A stretch of 64,000 nt of DNA from Nitrosopumilaceae archaeon (GCA_965209085.1 OZ242376.1:544001-608000); one strand, 5' to 3'; shown: positions 20,133-30,884, numbered from the stretch's first letter. Notes: generated by a model not told the origin, from the letters alone. A program made the numbers and translations.

Positions 20133-20255
20133 AGAGTTTATGCATAATCAATCGCAGAAACATACGATTCCAACTATGGCATTACCATGATCAAAACGCA
20201 TATGGTGTAAAGTTCTCAAACAGACAACAAAATAAATCAAAATGCCACATGCATG
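20133..20255 (-). mobile_element. Diverged IS-A right-end remnant
   Basis: AGAGTTTATGCATAATCAA ... CAGACAACAAAATAAATCAAAAT aligns with the IS-A 3' end. Confidence 0.8.
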
Positions 20256-20404
20256 TTCTGTCCATGAATAAAATCAAAAATAGTACGAGGTCCGCACCTC
20301 GTATTACTTTGTACCAACATTTTCAATCATTGTATAAAATCTATGCATGACGTGACATCGTACCATTTTGATCTTTGAATGCTTATATTGCGTTAATTTT
20401 TTAA

Positions 20405-20887
20405 TTGGAAAATATGACACTTCCAGCAGATGGTGGTAATTCAAGAACATCAAAGGAAAAATATGCCGGTGTAGTACTGTTAATTGTTATTATAGTATTT
20501 GTAACTATTGTAGGTTATAGAATATATGTCAATAATGCGGAAGAATTGAAAGCCGAAAGTGACAAAAAAGTAAATGAAGCATTGAGGGATGTAACAAACA
20601 CTAAAGAGAATGAACCAATACAAAAACCATTTACAATAGATATCATAAACTGCAATAAAGATTATGGATATCTTGAAGTAAAAGGCTCGATAACCAATAA
20701 TTGGGATTTTACGTTGGCAACTAATATAATTGTAAGCGGAAATGATGCATCAGGTAATATTGTTGATTTTGTCGAGCATTTTGAAACATTAAAGCCCGGC
20801 AAAACATACATTTCTAGACTAGTGAACGATAGCCCACAAATAACGAAATGCAACATCCTAGTAGATGATTACGATATAATCGGATAG
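20405..20887 (+). CDS. Membrane-anchored protein with an FxLYD-like Ig fold
   Basis: One TM helix, then VKGSITNN..NDASGNIV..LKPG. Confidence 0.6.
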   Translation: MENMTLPADGGNSRTSKEKYAGVVLLIVIIVFVTIVGYRIYVNNAEELKAESDKKVNEALRDVTNTKENEPIQKPFTIDIINCNKDYGYLEVKGSITNNWDFTLATNIIVSGNDASGNIVDFVEHFETLKPGKTYISRLVNDSPQITKCNILVDDYDIIG

Positions 20888-21082
20888 GCAAAATGCACCA
20901 AGACCGAATTGGAAGAAGATTCACGTCCGTATCCAACACCCGAATTTGTCAGAACCCAAAATATAATCATGCTTGATATTTTTAACCAATTTGGAGAAGA
21001 TCGCTGTTCACGAATAGGTCTCGACAACCTAGCAGAACCTGTAAACACCCATGTTTTATACAAAACCTGATAAAGCAATGCT

Positions 21083-22342
21083 GTGATAAAAAACTCCATT
21101 GCCCTCAAATCGCTGATTCAAAGGTGCGAATATGCAATTGACATGCTTGAAGAGGGATTGTATGCTGCAATGCCTGAAAATTCCCTCACCCACCACTTTG
21201 CTGATCTTCCAAATATGCCAATCCACATTATCTCATACGGCAAAGCTGCACACGCCATGGCACAGGCAGCATCCGCACATCTTGCCATTGCAGGAGGTCT
21301 GATTGTATCACCAAAAGGCAAACGCTTACCCCCGGTTCCAAACATGAGGATACATTATGCCTCACATCCGCTACCGGATGAATGCAGTGCTACAGCTGCG
21401 CGCTCCATCATCAAATATCTTGAGCAAATTCCATCCAAAGAATATGTACTATTTTTAATATCCGGCGGTGGCTCATCACTCATCTCTTTACCCCCAAAGG
21501 GCATAACCTCATCTAATCTTGCATCTGCAACGCATTTACTCTTAAATTCTGGTGCAAAAATATCTGCAATAAACTGCATACGGCGTCACATATCAGAAAT
21601 TGCAGGAGGCCGATTAGCCTCACATGTAAAGTGCAAATCTTGCGCATTAATCATATCTGATGTCCAGGGGAATCATTTCAGGGATATCTCCTCTGGATGC
21701 ACCACACATGATAACACTACATACTCTGATGCGCTAAAATACATACGAAATCTACACCTTGAATCATGCATGCCAAAATCCATAATGATGAGACTGCATG
21801 ATGGCGCAAATAATATAATACAAGAGGGTCCAAAAAAAACCCGCATCAAAAACCACATCATATCTGATAGTTTTACATGCGCCAAATCTGTGGCAAAAAA
21901 GGCCAGATCGCATGGATTACGCGTACACTTTATGCAAATATACGGCAATGTGGAAAAAGAATCAAAACGTATCGTAAATAATACAAAATATGCCAAAAAT
22001 TCCTGTATTGTTTTTTACGGCGAGCCAACTATACAGGTTAAAGGCAAAGGGTATGGGGGTAGAAATCAGCAACTTGTACTGCATCTTTTGGAGCAATATA
22101 CGAGGAAAAACATGCATTGCATAGTATGCTCTGTTGGAACTGACGGGATTGATGGAAATACAAAGTATGCCGGAGCCATTGTTGATACTGCCAGAAAATA
22201 TAATGTACAAGAGATTGCACAATTTTTAAAAAACAACGACTCATCATCATTTTTTGCAAAACATGGGGGGAGAATTTTAACCGGCCATACGGGAACAAAT
22301 CTTGCAGACGTTGGATTTATCATTGTACGCAAAGATGCCTAA
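21083..22342 (+). CDS. Glycerate 2-kinase (DUF4147/MOFRL family)
   Basis: YGKAA, ASHPLPD, LISGGGSSL, GGRNQ, GTDGIDG and TGTNLAD motifs. Confidence 0.9.
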   Translation: MIKNSIALKSLIQRCEYAIDMLEEGLYAAMPENSLTHHFADLPNMPIHIISYGKAAHAMAQAASAHLAIAGGLIVSPKGKRLPPVPNMRIHYASHPLPDECSATAARSIIKYLEQIPSKEYVLFLISGGGSSLISLPPKGITSSNLASATHLLLNSGAKISAINCIRRHISEIAGGRLASHVKCKSCALIISDVQGNHFRDISSGCTTHDNTTYSDALKYIRNLHLESCMPKSIMMRLHDGANNIIQEGPKKTRIKNHIISDSFTCAKSVAKKARSHGLRVHFMQIYGNVEKESKRIVNNTKYAKNSCIVFYGEPTIQVKGKGYGGRNQQLVLHLLEQYTRKNMHCIVCSVGTDGIDGNTKYAGAIVDTARKYNVQEIAQFLKNNDSSSFFAKHGGRILTGHTGTNLADVGFIIVRKDA

Positions 22343-22712
22343 TCTCATCCTCTGCTGCATTATCCCCCATATCATCAATGTATGATATTTTTATATTCCT
22401 TTTTTTGCACAATTGTTCAATAAAATACGTCTTTTCCAAAGCCAGTTTGCTTTTTGAAATCTCATTTGAAAATAAAGACGGAGCCATATTCTTTGATAAT
22501 GCAATATTCACACACTCGCCATCTCTAATGCGAAATGTTCCAATGCACCAAAACAGTCCCACATGGGATGCTACATACATTGAATCCTCTACACTTACAC
22601 CCTCATACATTGACACATGCACTCTGCTCTCAACGGCTGTCTGCACTCCGTTATTTTTGTGAGCCCATGCGATAAAACTCCCATTCCCTGCTATATGGAT
22701 AAAATGTGGCAT
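22320..22712 (-). CDS. Hypothetical protein
   Basis: 130-aa ORF filling the gap, convergent with the glycerate kinase. Confidence 0.4.
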   Translation of the reverse strand: MPHFIHIAGNGSFIAWAHKNNGVQTAVESRVHVSMYEGVSVEDSMYVASHVGLFWCIGTFRIRDGECVNIALSKNMAPSLFSNEISKSKLALEKTYFIEQLCKKRNIKISYIDDMGDNAAEDEIRHLCVQ

Positions 22713-22729
22713 GAAAATCTTAACCCAAT

Positions 22730-22987
22730 TTGTCTATATATTTTGCATATGCCCCTTTTGATCGCGTTATTACAGCATCTCTTATGGGTGAAAACGTATT
22801 TTTTACAAGAATGGTCGACTCGCTAGTGGAAATGTCATCAAATGATCCAGAACTTGCCGACGGAATAAGATGGCTTGACACCCAGGCGCAAAGCCGGGGA
22901 ATTACATTTTACGAAATGATCTTTAACGTACTATACCAGCATGACATGAACGCGCGCGTTGGCAAATGGAACCGCACTAGAAACTAG
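22730..22987 (+). CDS. Conserved-looking small thaumarchaeal hypothetical protein
   Basis: DPELADGIRWLD..AQ..GITFYEM; start may be the internal MGENVFF. Confidence 0.6.
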   Translation: MSIYFAYAPFDRVITASLMGENVFFTRMVDSLVEMSSNDPELADGIRWLDTQAQSRGITFYEMIFNVLYQHDMNARVGKWNRTRN

Positions 22988-22990
22988 ACA

Positions 22991-24163
22991 CTAGTCTGAT
23001 CGAAGATCAAGTGATTTATACTCGCATCCTTGCGGACCGCAGTCTTTTCCAACATAGACAGCTTTTGGCCTGTATAGCGCCGGCTTTGGCGCAGCTTCGG
23101 CAAATTTCTCCTCTATTATGTGAGCTGCCCATCCGACCGAACGGGCGATTGCAAATATCGGCGTATTCAAATCCATGGGTATGTTTAGCATATAGTATAC
23201 GGATGCGCTGTACAAATCCACGTTTGGATATATCTTTGATTTTTTCAACCTCATCATCTCCTCGGCAGTCACCTCTTCAACTGTTTTGCTTATATGAAAC
23301 CAGGGCTGACCCGTCTTTTCTGCAAGCTTTGATGACAATCTCTCTAGTATCCGCGCCCTAGGATCGTACGTTTTGTATACTGCATGCCCCATGCCCATCA
23401 CGCGCCCGCCTGCTGCAAACCGTTTTTGTATCCACGCCCTTACATTCTCTTTTGTTTTAATCTCCAAGAGCATGCGCATCACCTCGTAATTTGCACCCCC
23501 GTGCAGCTCCCCGCTTAGTGCGCCAATTGCGGCACTGCACGCTGAATACATGTGCGCCCTAGTTGATGCCACCTGCCGTGCAGCAAAGGTGGATGCATTA
23601 AACGTATGATCTGCGTGCAGTATGAGGCAAATATCAAATATTCTGGCAGATTCTGCATCCGGCTTTGTACCCGTCATCATGTACAAAAAGTTGGCAGCAT
23701 GTCCAAGCTTTGGGTCCGGTGCAATAACCTCCAAACCGTTGCGAATGCGCTGCCAGCTTGCAACAATGGTGGGCACCTTTGCTATAATGTTTAATGCCCT
23801 ATCATAGCTTGCCTCTTTGTTTGAAAACTCCTCATCATAGTATCCGGCCAAGGCTGCGACAAACGCCTGCAGCATGTCCATGGGGTCCGCATCCTTGCGC
23901 CAATTACCCATGTTTGTCTGCATTTGTTTTGGAATAATTCTTGAATCGATAAGATTTGAGAGAAATTTCCCGTATTTTGCCTTTGTTGGAAGCTTGTCGT
24001 ACAGTAAAAGATATGCAGTCTCCTCAAAGGTGGATTTTTCTGCCAGCTCGTCAATATCATACCCGCGGTATATGAGCTTGCCAAGCTTGCCGTTAATGTT
24101 GGATATTTTAGTATCAGCTACTGGTATCCCGCGCAATCCGGTATTCTTTGTGTCAATTGACAT
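22991..24163 (-). CDS. gltA: Citrate synthase
   Basis: GLRG, LIYRGY, LHADHTFNAST, GELHGGAN, GMGHAVYK..DPR and YPNVD motifs. Confidence 0.95.
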   Translation of the reverse strand: MSIDTKNTGLRGIPVADTKISNINGKLGKLIYRGYDIDELAEKSTFEETAYLLLYDKLPTKAKYGKFLSNLIDSRIIPKQMQTNMGNWRKDADPMDMLQAFVAALAGYYDEEFSNKEASYDRALNIIAKVPTIVASWQRIRNGLEVIAPDPKLGHAANFLYMMTGTKPDAESARIFDICLILHADHTFNASTFAARQVASTRAHMYSACSAAIGALSGELHGGANYEVMRMLLEIKTKENVRAWIQKRFAAGGRVMGMGHAVYKTYDPRARILERLSSKLAEKTGQPWFHISKTVEEVTAEEMMRLKKSKIYPNVDLYSASVYYMLNIPMDLNTPIFAIARSVGWAAHIIEEKFAEAAPKPALYRPKAVYVGKDCGPQGCEYKSLDLRSD

Positions 24164-24274
24164 GAATTTGATTTTTTACCCTCATATTTACACTTTTGAT
24201 CCTAAATTTCAGCTTGGCAGTTTGTCAAATATCGCAACGCCGTTAGCTTTAACCTGTTTTACCCATTTAATGCC

Positions 24275-24460
24275 ATGTCCGGAACCGAGAGGCGCTATCA
24301 AAGGAGCGTTGATGAGATGATACTTGCAGCCACGGGAAAAGAGCTTGAGCGGCTGCAGCAAATAGATTTGGATGCGCAAAAACAGGGCGGTACATTTTAT
24401 GAATCATTTGCATTAAGCGGGAGAGACCTTGAGCATCTTTTGGCGCGGGAAAAATCCTAA
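24275..24460 (+). CDS. Small hypothetical protein, possibly related to 22730-22987
   Basis: LQQIDLDAQKQGGTFYE resembles IRWLDTQAQSRGITFYE. Confidence 0.5.
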   Translation: MSGTERRYQRSVDEMILAATGKELERLQQIDLDAQKQGGTFYESFALSGRDLEHLLAREKS

Positions 24461-24726
24461 AAGATCACTTTTGAGTGGTGGAATGGCCTGAATTTTATTA
24501 CGATTTGGGCATTTCTAGTAAATGATCTGTTGTATATTTGAGGTGCGGTATGCATCAACAAGTTTACGGCACACTGGTAAATTTTAGAGAGTTTTCACAT
24601 ATTTAGCCATGCTGTAAAATTTGGGAGATGATATTTTTTTGATCACGTAATTTCATCCTCTATTGATCATGCCGTGAGGCATATTTTTACCAAGAGTTTT
24701 AATAGGAATTACGCATATGGGGTATA

Positions 24727-25566
24727 TTGAAATTAATTCACGCAAGTATGGATCATGGAAGGTACGAACAAAGAGGGATCACAGAGCCCCGAAAAATAGA
24801 AGGCAATGACGGAAACATTTATGCTGTAAAATTTTCCCCTGCAGATGAACCTGACTCGAACTACAATAGAGCGTATGCATAATGGGTCAAATTCACAATT
24901 TTTACGAATAAAAATGATCGATTTGAATGATTATGCATACGGTCTAATGAATGGCTCGGATCATTGCTGGCTTTAAAATTAGGTGTGGAAGTATTGGAAC
25001 CATTTGTGATGATATTTGATAACGACTTTGTATCAAACTCTAAAGAAATCCAAGATAGTGGAATACGTGCTGGAGCATATTTTGCCACTTTGTATCAACA
25101 TGACAAATACAATTTAAGCGAGTATCTTAATGATGCATCAACCATCAGTAATCTTGAATCAGTTAACGCATTTATAATATTTGACATATTTGTTAATAAT
25201 CGTGATAGGCATGACAGAAACACCATGCTCATACCCAATGCAAAAGCTATTGGATCGCATTACAAATATGTGCTAATCGATCATGGACGCTGTTTTAGAA
25301 TCACAGAGGGAGATTTGCCGTATGAACAACCAAAAATTGAATGGAATACGTCATGTGTTGACACATACAAATTACATGAAAAAATAAACTTTGTTATGGG
25401 GATGGCAACTTTAAATTTACTAGAGTGTATTTTTACCGAAATTGATAAACATGTTAAACGCCCGGCACATGTCGATATGTTGCAAAATGCTCTCATTACC
25501 CGTGATCCTGGAGATATAATGTCAATTATTGACAAGTATTATGGGCATTTACTCGGAGGCCAATAA
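24727..25566 (+). pseudogene. HipA-like (HipA_2) kinase interrupted by a MITE
   Basis: Removing the insert gives RGITEPRKIEGNDGNIYAVKF..NYN|EWLGSLLALKLG ... FDIFVNNRDRHDRN ... LIDHGRCF. Confidence 0.85.
24868..24945. mobile_element. 78-bp MITE with IS-A-type TIRs
   Basis: AGAGCGTATGCATAAT ... ATTATGCATACGGTCT; TSD AAT at 24865-24867 and 24946-24948. Confidence 0.93.
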
Positions 25567-25567
25567 A

Positions 25568-26341
25568 TTGGAAACTTATAATTTTTCAATTGCACGGTTT
25601 ATTCCAGATTTAATACGTGATGAGCCAATTAACATTGGTACAATAATAAATGATAGCAAATCAAACACTAGTTTTGGGAAATTTGTTGACATTCATACTA
25701 TTAAAAGCAAAACTGATGCTCCTTTTAATACCAATATGTTAAAACACGTATTAGAAAAATTAGATGGTAGAAAAGAAAAATTGATAGATTTAAAATCTAT
25801 ATCATCAACATTTTCAGGTAGGCTGTCATTCACATCTCCAAGAGCTGTAAAAAACAAAAATATTGACGATGCGATGAATCGGGTTTTTGATCAGTATGTG
25901 AGCATTATAAAACATGGTCCAATACGTGATAATGTTCTGTTACAGAACATCAAAGATCGGATTTCTGAATCAATCCGACCTGAATTCATACATGAGCATT
26001 ACACTATAGGTAATCGACCTTATTCGTTTAAAGTGGATGTTGGAATACTCTCCAATTCAGTCAAGAGTTTTATTCACATATTACATTACGTTAATCCAGA
26101 AGCTCTATTGAAAGATTGTTTGTTCCAGGCAAATTGTCTACAAAAATTACGTACTAGCAATTATGAAAATGAAAAAATGAATTCATGCATAATTCATGAC
26201 ATTCCAGAAAATGCTAGTGAGCCTATGGCACGTGCTTGTAATGATGGTATCGGGCAATTAAAAGAGGCAGGATGTAAGATATATGGATCAGATAATAAAA
26301 ATAAATGCGTGGATGCACTCATATCTGTCCATGCTTCATAA
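25568..26341 (+). CDS. DUF3037-family protein (usual partner of HipA_2 kinases)
   Basis: YNFSIARFIPDLIRDEPINIG; LSFTSPR; ..VFDQYV. Confidence 0.8.
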   Translation: METYNFSIARFIPDLIRDEPINIGTIINDSKSNTSFGKFVDIHTIKSKTDAPFNTNMLKHVLEKLDGRKEKLIDLKSISSTFSGRLSFTSPRAVKNKNIDDAMNRVFDQYVSIIKHGPIRDNVLLQNIKDRISESIRPEFIHEHYTIGNRPYSFKVDVGILSNSVKSFIHILHYVNPEALLKDCLFQANCLQKLRTSNYENEKMNSCIIHDIPENASEPMARACNDGIGQLKEAGCKIYGSDNKNKCVDALISVHAS

Positions 26342-26942
26342 AATAGTTGATTCACCATCTTCCATTTTCTCATAAATATGTCAGTATGTGGATGCACTAA
26401 CATCAAATTTCAACATGATCCACCATTTTTATTTTATTTGCTCTTTTAATTACAAATATGTCATTACCATGGAATTTAATCCGATATGGTTCATTTTCTA
26501 TCATACGTTTTTCATCGTAAAATATGTATTCTATACCATCATTAATTTCTACACGAACGGGCAGTTTCCAAGTAATCGAATCGTTTTGAGGTGCATTCTG
26601 TGGGGTGGTGGTATGAAGTCACGTCATGCCTGAAATCTACGCAATAAATGAAGATGTAGGCACAAAATAGCACAAGATGCTGACCTTGTACAGGGGCAGC
26701 TCTTCTCTTATCTAAAATGTAGTTTACCCTCACTTGATTGGAACAATTTGAAAATACCGGTGCCCGGCATTTGCAAAAAAAATGCCAAAACCTGGCAAAA
26801 GTGTTATTGATATGTAAACTTGGGGAAAATATGATGCAAAGTATGGGGTATACTACTTTTGATATGCCACACGCAAAACTTGTGATAAGGTTCTGTAAAC
26901 TTATCGGTGCATAGGCGTGGATATGGATCTTCTCTGAATTGA

Positions 26943-27194
26943 TTGTTTTATATGTTGGAATATGAGTTAAAAATTATGAGTGATTTATTGGATATTGATC
27001 GGATAGTTCCAGAACTGCCAGAAGGTTCACGTATGGATATGGTAGAGTGGGCAAATATGTTAGATGTTAAATTGCGAACATTAGATGGTCGTATAAATAG
27101 TGCATTTCAGTACCGAGATAAAAGATATAACCAATTACAAGAATTGATTTCTACCATAGAAAAAGAAATTGATGATTTGAAAAAAAGACCATAA
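26943..27194 (+). CDS. Small coiled-coil cargo protein
   Basis: Heptad-rich C-terminus; start may be the internal MSDLL. Confidence 0.55.
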   Translation: MFYMLEYELKIMSDLLDIDRIVPELPEGSRMDMVEWANMLDVKLRTLDGRINSAFQYRDKRYNQLQELISTIEKEIDDLKKRP

Positions 27195-27261
27195 TAAAAT
27201 TTATCAAAAAGTGATCATTTTTTGAGTAAGATCAATAAAGGGGCATATTTTAAAATACATT

Positions 27262-27498
27262 ATGAGTTTAGCAGCTACTGTCCCAAATGAAGCACCAAAT
27301 TGGTTTAGAGAGTGGGCAAAGGGTATGGATAGAGATACAATATTTGGAACTGCGATATTAGAACAATCGGACTATACATTGGAAAGTGTAAAGAGGGATT
27401 TTGGAAATTTTAATACACGAATGGATAAAATGGATAAAGATATTTTAGAGATAAAAGATGATATAAAAACTATAAAGAAATTGTTGACTAATAAATAA
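27262..27498 (+). CDS. Small coiled-coil cargo protein
   Basis: APNWFREW, then RMDKMDKDILEIKDDIKTIK. Confidence 0.65.
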   Translation: MSLAATVPNEAPNWFREWAKGMDRDTIFGTAILEQSDYTLESVKRDFGNFNTRMDKMDKDILEIKDDIKTIKKLLTNK

Positions 27499-27599
27499 TT
27501 TATCGGTTTTATTCAGGTTCTGCAAATCATCTATGGATTGACAAAAAAGTGATCTTTTGTTGAGTTAGATCAATAAAGGGGTAGATTGCATGATGTAGT

Positions 27600-27890
27600 A
27601 TGAGTAGATTAGATGAAATAAAATCTGTAAAAGATGTTACTGAACGTGATATACAAGAGTGGTGTGGCGATTTACGAAAACATGATGATAAGGCGTTTAA
27701 ATATATTGGTTGGTTGTTTTGGGTTCATCACGATTTTCTGAAATCGGGGTTTGAAGAAACGAAAGTTGCTATTAAAGAAATGAAAGATGATATTGAAAAA
27801 GTGAATGATAAATTGGTTAGTATGGATTCAAGGTTTGACAGCATGGATTCAAAATTGGATTCCATAAATGAAAAATTAGAAAAGTTGTAA
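27600..27890 (+). CDS. Small coiled-coil cargo protein
   Basis: SMDSRFDSMDSKLDS heptads. Confidence 0.65.
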   Translation: MSRLDEIKSVKDVTERDIQEWCGDLRKHDDKAFKYIGWLFWVHHDFLKSGFEETKVAIKEMKDDIEKVNDKLVSMDSRFDSMDSKLDSINEKLEKL

Positions 27891-28802
27891 TGCAATTATT
27901 CATACGTATGCAAACTAGCATTTTGTATCAAAGTTTGCCATTTGTTTAATCCAGCAACCTTAATGTTTGAAGCTTCAGCAGGCGTTTTGCCACCAAGTCC
28001 TATGTGTTTTTTAGTGTAATTGTAAAATGCTTGATAGCCACCGATCAAAGGGGTATCGGATTTTTTCAAACCTCTAAATGCCAATTCACGATCTCTGAAT
28101 GTACCGTTAAACCGTTCCATTTTATTATTATTACGATCCTTACGTAAATGGATATGTGAATGATGTTCCGTATCTTTACCAAATACACGTTTAGATGATT
28201 TGGCGTATGCAGGAAGTCCGTCAGTTGTAAAATGTTTAGGCGATTTGCCTATGGCATTTTTTGTGAGCTCTAATAGACGATCTGCATTATGTTGGAATTT
28301 TGTATCTGTCATGTCATAAGCAAGGAAATAACGGGTTTGATCATCTATGGAAGCAAAAAGATATTTTTTCTGACCTGATACTTTGAGCCATACTTCATCA
28401 GCTCTAACCCATGTACGATCAGCGGTTCTTGGAATGATCTCATTTAGGTATTTTTCAACCATACGAGAATATTTGGCAATCCATTTGTAAACTGCCATGT
28501 GGGATATTTTAATTCCCATCATCTCATAATGGTTGGCAATATCACGGACTGACATACCCGTGAAATACATTTGCATAGCTCCAGTAATAGTAGAGGGTAA
28601 AACACGGGTATTTTCAAAGCCAAAGTTTGTTGTAAAAATTTTGGTACATTCTTGGCATTGATACTTTTGAAGTTTGCCGTGCCTATTGGTTCTATAACCA
28701 CGTTTACGTAAATTACCCGAACTGCAATATTTGCATAGGTTGAGCTTTGATCGTTCCATGATTTTAAATTCATTATTGGCATATCCACGATTTTGTTTTA
28801 TT

Positions 28803-30199
28803 AGAGTTCATGCATAATCAACTGCAAAGACATACGGTTCCTACTATGACACTGTCATGATCAAAGTACACATGGCCTAAAACCTTCAAGCAGACAACAA
28901 AATAAATCAAAATATCATATGCATGACAAAAAGCAGAATATTATGCGTAACCGTGTGCACAAAGATGTGCTACTTGATTTGAGGGCAAATTTTTTCCAAC
29001 GGTTCGATATACTTGCGATCCTTTAACATGATGTGCAGATTGGTCAGTCCTGTAACCACTTGGATTTCTGTATAAAACGCATCCATTGTGTCATCATATA
29101 CGGCACTCATTCTGCGAAACCATTTGAGCCGGTTTATGGCATGCTCTACTTTTATGCGCTTACGACTGATCCTCTTGCTATATTCGCGTTCTGTCTCTGT
29201 CAATCCCCTACCCTTTGGTTTTTTGTACGGCTGCTTTGAGATAATTCCAGGATAGTCTTTTTCCACGGACAAGTATCCCTTGTCGGTGTAGAGTGTAATT
29301 TGGCGCTCTTTTTTTGTATCAGAGTTTTTCATGCCATCGGTCCATTTGCCAAAATTTGGCGGATTACGCCGCAGTACCTCCATGTCATGTACTGAGCCCT
29401 CTTCTGGACCGCCAATGTCATTTACCACTCCATCTTTGTTGGAGGTTATCTGTATGCTGTAGACGTGCCTTTTGCGCTTTCCAGAATATACTGCCTCTTG
29501 ATTCTCCTGCGGTCTTTGAACCTGTACAAACGTGGCATCAAGATATAGTTCGCCGCCGCCTCTGCCGGGTACGAATTTTTTAAACAACTCGCTTGTACGT
29601 ATTGTCCGTATTGCAGCACCAATATTCTTAGCCGTTGGAAGAATATCCATCAATAGTTCATCAGAAAATGTCAGATATCTGCTAATGGTGCTCTGATCAA
29701 CGTCTGCAATGAACGCAAGTGCTCCCTGTTTGAGATTATTGCGTTTGCGGCACAATACGATAAACAAAACTTGCTTTACGGTAAGGATACAGGTGTTTCC
29801 AGGATCGTCCACATATTCTGAAAAGCGGGGAATCTCTGATGAATTTTCTACGGTTTTTTTGAACCGTTCTAGAATCCATTCAAATTCTTCACGGTTCATT
29901 CCTGTCATTTCATATAGATGAACATCATTCCCAATTCCCTTGTTCAAATATTTATCGACATGTTGTCTTTTGTCATCATTGCTACTCTGTGCCATCTTTT
30001 TGTAGTGTTGAATTTCTGATTCCTGCCTGGAGCTATTCTTTTCCATCTTTAGGATCGTCTTTTCCATCTTTAAGATCGTCTTTTCCAGTTTAGAGATCAT
30101 GCGTTTGTCTGATTTGCACATGCTATGCTCACATGATACTAGATCATAGATCTTTCGATTTGCCAAAATTGATTTTTTAGTTAATTATGCATGAGGTCT
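28803..30199 (-). mobile_element. IS-A complete copy (1397 bp)
   Basis: TIRs AGAGTTCATGCATAAT and ATTATGCATGAGGTCT; TSD ATT at 28800-28802 and 30200-30202. Confidence 0.95.
28970..30166 (-). CDS. IS-A transposase
   Basis: 398 aa with DDE motifs. Confidence 0.93.
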   Translation of the reverse strand: MANRKIYDLVSCEHSMCKSDKRMISKLEKTILKMEKTILKMEKNSSRQESEIQHYKKMAQSSNDDKRQHVDKYLNKGIGNDVHLYEMTGMNREEFEWILERFKKTVENSSEIPRFSEYVDDPGNTCILTVKQVLFIVLCRKRNNLKQGALAFIADVDQSTISRYLTFSDELLMDILPTAKNIGAAIRTIRTSELFKKFVPGRGGGELYLDATFVQVQRPQENQEAVYSGKRKRHVYSIQITSNKDGVVNDIGGPEEGSVHDMEVLRRNPPNFGKWTDGMKNSDTKKERQITLYTDKGYLSVEKDYPGIISKQPYKKPKGRGLTETEREYSKRISRKRIKVEHAINRLKWFRRMSAVYDDTMDAFYTEIQVVTGLTNLHIMLKDRKYIEPLEKICPQIK

Positions 30200-30421
30200 A
30201 TTATCTTTATAATGACATGAATATGTTTACAGTCGGATTTGCGGTATTGATGATCAGGGCATTCGCATACAAGACCGTTTCCAGTCCTAGAGACCGTATA
30301 GTATTTGTCGGGCGTGGACATGGATTTTACTTTGAATGTGTGGGTATCGGTTTGAGTTATTGCATTTGCCGTTTCTAGTATTTGGTTTGCTTGTTGTTTG
30401 CGTGTATTCATACAGTTGGTA

Positions 30422-30481
30422 TTAAGAGTACGCTTAATATATGTATCTGTTAATAGTACGCTTAATTAAGAGATCGCTTAA
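30422..30481. promoter_or_regulatory. Three dyad-symmetric operator-like boxes, TTAAG-N6-CTTAA
   Basis: TTAAGAGTACGCTTAA (30422), TTAATAGTACGCTTAA (30450) and TTAAGAGATCGCTTAA (30466), between the divergent transposase and AbrB-like genes. Confidence 0.7.
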
Positions 30482-30511
30482 TTAATATGGTAATAGGTTA
30501 TTGCACCGTGT

Positions 30512-30682
30512 ATGACACGGTGGAAAAAAGATGAGACGGAATTTACAGTCAGCTTATCACATGACGGTGGGCTTGGAATGATTGCACGCATACCTAAACC
30601 AATTAGGGAAGAGTTGGGCAATCCTACCAAGATTAAATTTCTAAAGTATAAGGGTAAAATATTAGTAGATTCTGGAGATTAA
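30512..30682 (+). CDS. AbrB/MazE-like small DNA-binding protein (56 aa, below the ORF-track cutoff)
   Basis: MTRWKKDETEFTVSLSHDGGLGMIARIPKPIREELGNPTKIKFLKYKGKILVDSGD. Confidence 0.7.
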   Translation: MTRWKKDETEFTVSLSHDGGLGMIARIPKPIREELGNPTKIKFLKYKGKILVDSGD

Positions 30683-30884
30683 AACGGTTCATAGAATTTT
30701 GCGATCACGGATAAGGCGTGTGCAATATTCAAGACCATGACTGCGATTTCTAAATATTCCCGATTTTACCTGTTTGTCAATCCATCTTAAGATTTCAGCT
30801 TCTATGGATATGGCGATCTTATGCTTCACATGGTACAGTATGACTAGGTATGATTAAAATACGGTATGATAAAGTCATACTTTT

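Larger units (their letters stand above)
27896..30411 (-). pseudogene. IS6-family transposase with an N-terminal SWIM zinc finger, split by IS-A
   Basis: CECPDH..CKHIH (SWIM) rejoins in frame as IIKQNRGYANNEFKIMERSK to CKYC..CQEC, RADE, TTDG and NNKMERFNG. Confidence 0.88.
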
